From positions 9,284-73,283 of the forward strand of contig CAZEAB010000004.1 in NCBI GenBank assembly GCA_964510085.1: a stretch of 64,000 nt of DNA. The letters run 5' to 3'. Under the pieces are notes generated by a model that saw nothing but the letters and a program-made list of their open reading frames with translations, was not told the DNA's origin and searched no databases. Each line of letters begins with the position of its first letter. Position 1 is the stretch's first letter. Of the stretch, positions 1-7,200 are shown piece by piece. Made by a program: the position numbers and the translations under genes. This DNA is from an uncultured Methanosarcinales archaeon (lineage in GTDB: Archaea > Nanobdellota > Nanobdellia > Woesearchaeales > GW2011-AR9).

Positions 1-124
1 AAAGTAATTCAAACAACTCGAGTGGGGATAAAAGAAGACGTAGAATTACCTTGGCGGTTCTATCTAGCTGGCAATATGTATGTAAGTAGAAGGTAATGCC
101 CAGAATAGAATGATTTTGTGTAAT

Positions 125-181
125 GGGGGCCCTGACTTGTCGAGGTGGGTACTTCGTAGAAGTACGATACCACCGTGCCCC
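125..181 (-). ncRNA. Copy A of a recurrent structured motif (unclassified; RNA nature inferred)
   Basis: Minus strand reads GGGGCACG GUGG UAUC GUACUUC-UAC-GAAGUAC CCAC CUCGAC AA GUCAGGGCCCCC. It has the same invariant unpaired blocks and compensatory stems as the copies at 44913, 48423, 47079 and 33243. It is GC-rich in an AT-rich spacer. Transcription is not demonstrated. Confidence 0.5.
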
Positions 182-260
182 AATATACAAATTAATGTTT
201 ATTCTGGATGAAGATAAATGGAGATAATTATTTAAACTAGCTCTTCAAATTTTTAATTAT

Positions 261-395
261 GCGGGGGTGAGAGAGTGGTCAATTGTGAATCAGTGATGAA
301 CAATTTGTTCAGAAATCTCTGATTTCAGACAAAATCTGCCAGGTTGAGGGCCTGGTGCCTTAGTGGCTACGCGTGTTCGAACCACGTCCCTCGCA
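261..395 (+). tRNA. tRNA-Leu(GAG), class II, with an inferred ~51-nt intron in the D-loop/D-stem junction (about 283-333)
   Basis: Acceptor GCGGGGG (261-267) pairs with CCCTCGC (388-394, one G-U), and the discriminator is A395. D region is AGA-GAGUGGUCAA. Anticodon arm is CCAGG-UUGAGGG-CCUGG (339-355) with anticodon GAG at 346-348. There is a 15-nt variable arm (356-370) and a T arm GCGUG-UUCGAAC-CACGU (371-387). A T-run follows the 3' end. The D-stem 3' strand UCU-G (335-338) is separated from the D-loop by about 51 nt. Intron boundaries are approximate. Confidence 0.7.
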
Positions 396-478
396 CTTTT
401 TTAAAGAAGTAGAAAACGAGGAGTTTATTTTGTATTCACTTACGGAAAGTTTTTATATCTCAATGGGTATGGTTTCTT

Positions 479-859
479 ATGGCTCTTTCAAGAGAATCAG
501 TTTATCGCCAATGTTTGGAATTAGGTCTTCATCTTTCACATAGTTACGAGAATCTTGATGTCTTTACCACTCTTAATCCAAATAAAGCACTTGGACATCT
601 TGATTTAGTATATGACAGATTAAGTAGTGGAGTATTATTAACAGCACAAGAACCATTATCAACATCATACATTGAAGATACAAGCCCAAAAGCAGCATAT
701 CTACGTCTTATAAATAATGATTTACATAGTTTTCCAGAAGGGGAAGTCGAATTATACATGGCACGTAATGATTCTCCAAAAATTGTTTTTGTGGGAGGTG
801 GATTAGATAGACTACTTGATAGGCTTTTACCAGAATTAATGAAAGAAAGTCCAGCTTAA
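479..859 (+). CDS. hypothetical protein
   Basis: 126-aa ORF following the tRNA. I recognise no motif. Confidence 0.35.
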   Translation: MALSRESVYRQCLELGLHLSHSYENLDVFTTLNPNKALGHLDLVYDRLSSGVLLTAQEPLSTSYIEDTSPKAAYLRLINNDLHSFPEGEVELYMARNDSPKIVFVGGGLDRLLDRLLPELMKESPA

Positions 860-898
860 ATCCTTCGCACTATTCTTTAGAATAAAAAAATAAAAAAA

Positions 899-1294
899 TT
901 AAGCAGCGTGCTTATTCAACTCAATCTGTGCCAAAATCTGTGCAACAGGTGAAAGTAATAACCATAACACAAACATGCCAATTGCACTAAAACCACTTAA
1001 TTCCTCAAGAGCCTTACTATACTTCCAATAGTATAGTATTGCAACAACATATCCGACTAGTGGTATTAACATTAACCAAATCCACCATGGTTTTGGTGCC
1101 GATTGTGTTGTACGTTGTAATTCTCGTGTTGTTGATACTAGCCAATAAATCCCATAAATTCCTAATGTAATTAAAGTAAACAAAAACACTAAGAAAGGAT
1201 TTCTTTTTTTGATGCCACCTGTAGCTTCATGCACAATTTCAGTTTGTGGTTCAGCTGGAGCAGCTTCAGTTTCCGGAGCTTGTTCGTCTGCCAT
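899..1294 (-). CDS. small membrane protein, DUF4234-like
   Basis: Two or three hydrophobic helices and a GIYGIYWLV motif typical of DUF4234. The N-terminus is acidic and Pro/Ala-rich. Confidence 0.5.
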   Translation of the reverse strand: MADEQAPETEAAPAEPQTEIVHEATGGIKKRNPFLVFLFTLITLGIYGIYWLVSTTRELQRTTQSAPKPWWIWLMLIPLVGYVVAILYYWKYSKALEELSGFSAIGMFVLWLLLSPVAQILAQIELNKHAA

Positions 1295-1372
1295 ACTTAT
1301 AGAAAAACATTAATCTTTATATTATTTTGCAATTTCCAAAAGTATATAAACAAGAAGAAAATGATTTAATGT

Positions 1373-2176
1373 ATGGCATGGGAAGTTACACAAGAAGAGA
1401 AAACACTTCCTAAACTTAAGAACCCTTTATTTATTGAAGGATTACCAGGAATTGGAAATGTAGGGAAAATAGCAGTTGATTTCTTGATAGAAGAATTACA
1501 AGCGAAGAAACTCTATTCGTTTTTCTCTTATAAATTTCCTCATTCCGTATTTGTTAACGAAAAAAACCTTGTGGAAATGCCAAAAATAGAAATCTATTAC
1601 AAATCATTTGGTCCACGAAGTAAAAAAAGAGATTTATTATTATTAACAGGAGATATTCAACCAATTGATGAAGAAAGTTGTTTCACATTCTGTGAAGAAA
1701 TAATCAACATAGTCAAAAAATTTGGATGTTCTGAAATAATAACAACAGGCGGAATAGGATTACAATCAGTTCCACAAGAATCACGTGTATTTGCAACATC
1801 CAACAGCAATAAATTGCTCAAAGAATATACAACAAAAAAACTAGGTGTAGAAAAAAACATATTTGGAATAGTGGGACCAATTATCGGCGTTTCTGGACTA
1901 TTATTAGGACTAGGAAAAAAACGAAATGTTAAGGGGGTTGCACTTCTTGCAGAAACATACGGTCATCCAATGTATCTTGGAATAAAAGGAGCAAAAGAAT
2001 TACTAAAATTATTTGAAACAAAATTTAAATTTGGTATAAACTTAAAGAAAATGAGTAAAGAAATAATTGAAGTAGAAAAAGAGTTAATGAAGAAAACCAA
2101 AGAATGGGCAGCTGAAATGGGATCCGCTCGAGCAGGCGCCAAATTAAAAGAACAAGATGTAAGGTATATTGGGTAA
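1373..2176 (+). CDS. PAC2-family protein (proteasome assembly chaperone-like, COG1938)
   Basis: N-terminal LFIEGLPGIGNVGKIAVDFLIEEL motif and a 267-aa length typical of archaeal PAC2/PbaB-like proteins. Confidence 0.6.
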   Translation: MAWEVTQEEKTLPKLKNPLFIEGLPGIGNVGKIAVDFLIEELQAKKLYSFFSYKFPHSVFVNEKNLVEMPKIEIYYKSFGPRSKKRDLLLLTGDIQPIDEESCFTFCEEIINIVKKFGCSEIITTGGIGLQSVPQESRVFATSNSNKLLKEYTTKKLGVEKNIFGIVGPIIGVSGLLLGLGKKRNVKGVALLAETYGHPMYLGIKGAKELLKLFETKFKFGINLKKMSKEIIEVEKELMKKTKEWAAEMGSARAGAKLKEQDVRYIG

Positions 2177-2270
2177 TTGCCCGTTAACTGCACTCATGTC
2201 CCCCATAACTTCTACCAAAACACAAAAAATTCTACAAAAAACACTATTTTTACACACGACAACTCAACAC

Positions 2271-2282
2271 AAGCTTTATAAA
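2271..2282 (+). promoter_or_regulatory. BRE/TATA-like box AAGCTTTATAAA
   Basis: Ends 22 nt upstream of the ATG at 2305. The identical 12-mer occurs 27 nt upstream of sufB (51880-51891). Confidence 0.45.
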
Positions 2283-2304
2283 TCAATTTACTATACTAAA
2301 TGGT

Positions 2305-4266
2305 ATGCAGAAAAAGAGGTACAGTAGAGTCCTAGATAGACCTATTTTTAATAAGAGGGGTCAAGTAACTCTATTTATTATCCTTGGAATAGTTCTGCTT
2401 ATAATTCTCGTTCTCATCATACTTCTGCAGCGTGAAATAGTAACCATAACTCCAGGAAAAATAATTCCTGAAGCAAAAGATAAAATTGAAAACCAAATAA
2501 CTCTTTGTGTACAAGAAGTTGGGGAGGAAGCATTATTCAAAATTGGTCTTCAAGGGGGTTATCTTGAATTCTCAGATCAACAGCTCCGTGATGGAAATTA
2601 TGTATTACAAACACCTGTAACACCAACACCTTACTGGGCATATGGAAATACAATAGATATCCCCACATTACAATCAATCAAACAATCTGTTGATACATAT
2701 ATTGAAAACAACATAGAATCGTGCGTCTTTCCAGCAGGATTACAAGATGAAGAATTTTCATACATCTCACAGGGAACTGTAACATCGGATACAGAATTTA
2801 CCAATTCTAACGTATTGTATAACGTAGATTGGGAGATTGATGTACAAACAAAAGACGGTGAATTAGTGACAAAATTACTTCGTCATGAAACCAAATCAGA
2901 TATTAAATTTAAAGATTTATATGAAACTGCAACAAGAATAATTGAACAGGAAGTAAATGCACTTAAGTTTGAAGACATTACACAAGATCTTATTGCACTA
3001 GAACATCCAGATGTACCAGTAATGGGAATGGAAATAAGTTGTGCAGAAAAGAAATGGGCCCTCCCAACTGTACAAGAGACTCTCAAAGAATTAATCACCA
3101 CAAACATTCCTCAAATCAAGGTTTCGGGAACAGAAATAATAGACTTTCCAAAAGAGTTTCCATATTACCAGAATCATTACATCTGGGATGTTGGCGAAGA
3201 TTTTAGTAAGAAAGACGTTTCAGTAACATTCCGTTATCAAGAAAACTTTCCATTTTCATTTCAAGTAACTCCGCATGATGGTTCTTTCTTACGAAGTGGA
3301 ACACAAGGTGGTTCAGACATCTTATCGGCATTATGTGTGCAAATGTGGAAATTTACATATGATGTTTCATATCCTGTATTAATGAAAATAAAAGATGATA
3401 ACTCAGGATTTGTATTTAACACAGCATTTACAGTACATTTATTACGAAACAATCCAAGTAGGGAAAGTTTTGTTCAAGCATTAAACCCTGATTTAGTTTC
3501 AACCATTCCTGGAGACGACTTTTGCTCTAACAGACGTATTCCAATGACTATTCTAACATCTTCAGTAGTAGATAGTCCAGAAACAGGAGTTTCATTCTCT
3601 GAACCAGTTGAAGGAGTTAATGTTTCATTCACCTGTATCAAACACAAATGTGACATGGGTTCAACAGTACTTGACTTTGATAATAGAGGATACCAAGCAG
3701 GTTTTACTCGAAACTTCCCATTCTGTGTTGGTGGTATTTTACGAGCAACAAAAGAGGGTTATAAAGAATCTTGGCAACGTGTGTTAACTGAAAATTCAAA
3801 ACAAGTTGAAATAGAATTAACTCCATTACATCTCATTCCTGTGCAGAACGTAAAGATAGTTTCTCATGATGAAAAAGAAAATGGAGTTGGACCAGCAACA
3901 ACTCTTACAGAAGATGAAACTGCAATAGTAACTATAAAATCTCTCAAAAAGGATGAGAAAAACAAACCATTCCACGAATCAACAATAGTCACTTCAGCTT
4001 CAGGTTTAGATGTAGAAGGATTTAGTAACTTAGAATTATTAGCAGGAGCAGATTTCACATATGACTTTGATGTAACCGTGTTCAAGAATGATTTGTTTAT
4101 AGCAGGATACAAGGGAAACTGGACTGTCCAATGGGATGAATTGCAACCAAATTCACAGATTACAATACATACAATAGGTAAGGATATGACTCCAGAAGAA
4201 TCATTTGGATTCATTTCACAATTACATTCAAAATCACTACTGGTGCCATCACCAGAAATAAAATGA
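2305..4266 (+). CDS. large extracellular protein with type IV pilin-like (class III) signal peptide
   Basis: The N-terminus ...FNKRG|QVTLFIILGIVLLIILVLIILL fits the [KR]-G-[Q]-hydrophobic prepilin pattern. It is a paralog of the partial ORF at 63539, sharing C(V/I)(Q/E), QGGY and Y(I)(E/N)N..(E)..C blocks. Its stop overlaps the next start (ATGA at 4263-4266). Confidence 0.6.
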   Translation: MQKKRYSRVLDRPIFNKRGQVTLFIILGIVLLIILVLIILLQREIVTITPGKIIPEAKDKIENQITLCVQEVGEEALFKIGLQGGYLEFSDQQLRDGNYVLQTPVTPTPYWAYGNTIDIPTLQSIKQSVDTYIENNIESCVFPAGLQDEEFSYISQGTVTSDTEFTNSNVLYNVDWEIDVQTKDGELVTKLLRHETKSDIKFKDLYETATRIIEQEVNALKFEDITQDLIALEHPDVPVMGMEISCAEKKWALPTVQETLKELITTNIPQIKVSGTEIIDFPKEFPYYQNHYIWDVGEDFSKKDVSVTFRYQENFPFSFQVTPHDGSFLRSGTQGGSDILSALCVQMWKFTYDVSYPVLMKIKDDNSGFVFNTAFTVHLLRNNPSRESFVQALNPDLVSTIPGDDFCSNRRIPMTILTSSVVDSPETGVSFSEPVEGVNVSFTCIKHKCDMGSTVLDFDNRGYQAGFTRNFPFCVGGILRATKEGYKESWQRVLTENSKQVEIELTPLHLIPVQNVKIVSHDEKENGVGPATTLTEDETAIVTIKSLKKDEKNKPFHESTIVTSASGLDVEGFSNLELLAGADFTYDFDVTVFKNDLFIAGYKGNWTVQWDELQPNSQITIHTIGKDMTPEESFGFISQLHSKSLLVPSPEIK

Positions 4267-7200
4267 GTAACATAAGAAAAATATCTGTACTTCTTGTTAT
4301 CTTACTATTTGTTAATCTACCTCTTGTAAGTGCGTTACAATTCTCTGGAGTAGATGCAAAAGTAACCGAAAACTCTGCAGTAATTTCGTGGCAAACTGAT
4401 GAACCTGCAGATAGTTTCGTACGATATGGAACAGATAAAACACAGATGACCCCAATAGGAGATTCTGCTGAAGTTACCAGCCATTCACTTTCGATTACTG
4501 GCTTGCAACCTGAAACAACATATGTCTATGAAGTTGAAAGTAATAACGAGATTGACAACAACAATGGCTCTCTTTATTCATTCACAACTCCTACGCCAGA
4601 TACAACACCTCCAACACTTGATGTGAATATCTCCACAAAAATAAAAGGAACAACTTTAGAAGCAACAGGAACAACAGAAGCAGGAATAGAAGTAATTGTG
4701 TTACTCGGAACTGTTGAAGTAAAGAGAATAACAACAGATGAAACAGGAACATTTTCAGTAAAATTTACAATAGCACCAGACGTATTAAACCCAGTTACAT
4801 TTATTGCTAAAGATCCTTCCGGGAACACGGTTTCAAAATCATACAGTGTTTTATCAGATACAACAAGACCAAAAATAACATTACAGAAACTTCCTGACAT
4901 TATTGGAGATAAACAATTCTCATTAAATGGTACAATCTCAGAAAACAGTTCAATTGAAGTGTTATTAAACAATAAAAGTATTCATTCCTCTATTGGAACA
5001 TCTTTTGAAGCAAAATTAAACGTTAATGAAGGAACAAACAATCTTGTTGTAACAGCAACAGATTCAGCTGGTTGGGTTACGTCTCTTACAAAAAAACTTA
5101 ATTCAGACACAGAAGCACCAACAGTAAAGTTTGATGTGTCTAAAGGAACAGAATATTATGAATTTCAAGCAGAATCTTCAATTACCGGAACTACAGAACC
5201 AGGAGCGACTGTATATCTCTATGTCTTTGTACCACAAACGCAGGAAACACGATTACGGTTTGATAGAGCTCTTCAAAAAGTCACAGCAAATTCAGAAGGA
5301 AAGTTTATATTTGAAGAAGTAGATTTCTCTGGATTAGGAACGTCAACAATAGACACATTATCACCAACACATCTTCCTCCTGGCTTAGAGGGAATAATTC
5401 TTCCAAAGTTAGATAGAATTCAGCAAGCTCAACGAGTAAATTATAGAGTATATGTACTAGCGGAAGATAAATCCGGTAAAGTTGGCCATGCAACTAAAAC
5501 AGTATATGTAAACAGTTGTTCTTCTGGAGATTATGCATTTGATGTATTCGTTCCTCCACAATTTCCTGTACAACCATTAAAATTAAACCCGCTTCTTATG
5601 AAAGAAGGAAGAGAATCAATGTCTGTAGTGTATAACTTAACCTACAGAGGAGCAGCTCTACCAACAATAAACACTAATACTGGCGATACTGAAAACCCAT
5701 ACAGGATCTCAAATGTTAAATTTGAAAAAGCATGTACGAAAGCGAATGCCGATAAAGACGATTTTAATATTGGATGTAAATTAGCCCCTCGATTACTTAA
5801 TGGAAAGTCAATAAAATCAGATAAGACAATGTGGTTCTTAGAAACACCATTACTTCGCACGGAAGATTTCTCAGAGATTACAGATGATGTTCTCACAGAA
5901 TTTACAAAACGGCAACTTAAAATCCCGTTAAAGATAGTAGTTAATTATCAAGAACGAAATGTAGATGGAAGTTGGCAAGCAAAAACTCAAGTTGAATGTA
6001 GAGAAATAGGAAGTTTTGTTGATATCCCTATAGACTCTTCTTTATTAGTTCCAGATTCCCTTGCAGAATACACTGTAAGTGCAACAAATGAAACGTTACA
6101 TCAAATAAATCGTGTAAAGAAAATTTTAGATCCGCTTGTTAAATGGACTGGCGTAAGTTGTTATGGTTCTTGGTTGACGAAAGGGGTCTTAAAAATTAAC
6201 AGAGTTGTCGCTTCGTGGTATGAATCGTTCACACAAAAAGGAAGCAAAGACAAACCCGCATGTCCAACGCCAAGTAAACAACGAGAGATGTATCTTAAAT
6301 CTACATTAGATGACTGGAAGAAATTGCAATCAAAACATCCAAATGCTGCAGCAAGTATCCCAATAGATTTCAATAATGCTGAAGAACTTAAAAAGAAAAC
6401 ATTAGATGAAGCGTGTCCTTCAACAGCAGCTGCATGGGAACGAGAGGCATTCTTTGACAAATTATACAAAACAACCTGTGACAGATTCTTCTGTAGAAGT
6501 TCTCCATCAAGATGGACTGAAACAGAAACCGAAGAAGATGTAAAGAAAGTTGTATTAGATCAACAACAATGTGCTGCGTCAAGTAATTGTATCACCATGA
6601 CTCCAGTAGAGAATTGTCAGAATGAATTGAAAAAGAATCCTGCTGCGGGTGAAATTGTCCGAGTTCGTCAAGAGAAGGGATCATTTACCTGTTGGAGAGA
6701 CAGAGAAGGAACATTATATTATCATTGTACTGAAAATGATGCAGATGTAGAGTGTAAGAAACGTGCAGAATCACTTGAAGAGAAAGGTGTATGGATTTTA
6801 AAACCAGTATTATCTATTGGCAAGAGTAAACCAAAAATACTTGCACTTAAAGGAGAGTTAAATAACGTTGCATGCGTTGCTCAAGATAGAAAATGTAGTT
6901 CTGTATGTAAACGTAAGCAGGGATATGTTTCATCTAAATCTGGGTTCAAACAATCGGGAACAAAATATGTCGCTGGCGGTTCTTGTTACAAAGAAAATGC
7001 ACAAGGGAAATTAGAAGGTGTCAATGGAGTAAAAACCCACGCAAGTGCATTTACAGCAGGATATACACAAGATTGTTTCATTGCAGAAGATACGGGAGAT
7101 AAATACCAATGTGTGTGTGAACAGGATCAAGACATATTGAAAAAACAATCAAAAAAGGGTAGCAGAGAAGCACTACGAATGGAAAAAGATGTAGCAGAAC

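Noticed and set aside
1-124. Possible structured region (ATTACCTT ... AAGGTAAT stem around GGCGGTTCTATCTAGCTGGCA) at the window edge
   Set aside because: It is truncated by the window boundary and is a single occurrence. I cannot distinguish an RNA gene, a gene end or chance pairing.
293-322. Alternative anticodon assignments for the tRNA at 261-395 (GAU in GUGAUGA, or CAG in UUCAGAA)
   Set aside because: These require non-canonical loops or extra introns. The CCAGG-UUGAGGG-CCUGG arm followed by a 15-nt variable arm and discriminator A gives a complete class II tRNA-Leu with a single insert.
4574-4972. 132-aa minus-strand ORF, plus many 60-120-aa ORFs inside 2305-13707, 18137-19657 and 21363-23135
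   Set aside because: All are nested antisense or out of frame within much longer ORFs that have recognisable domains. They are typical AT-rich genome noise.
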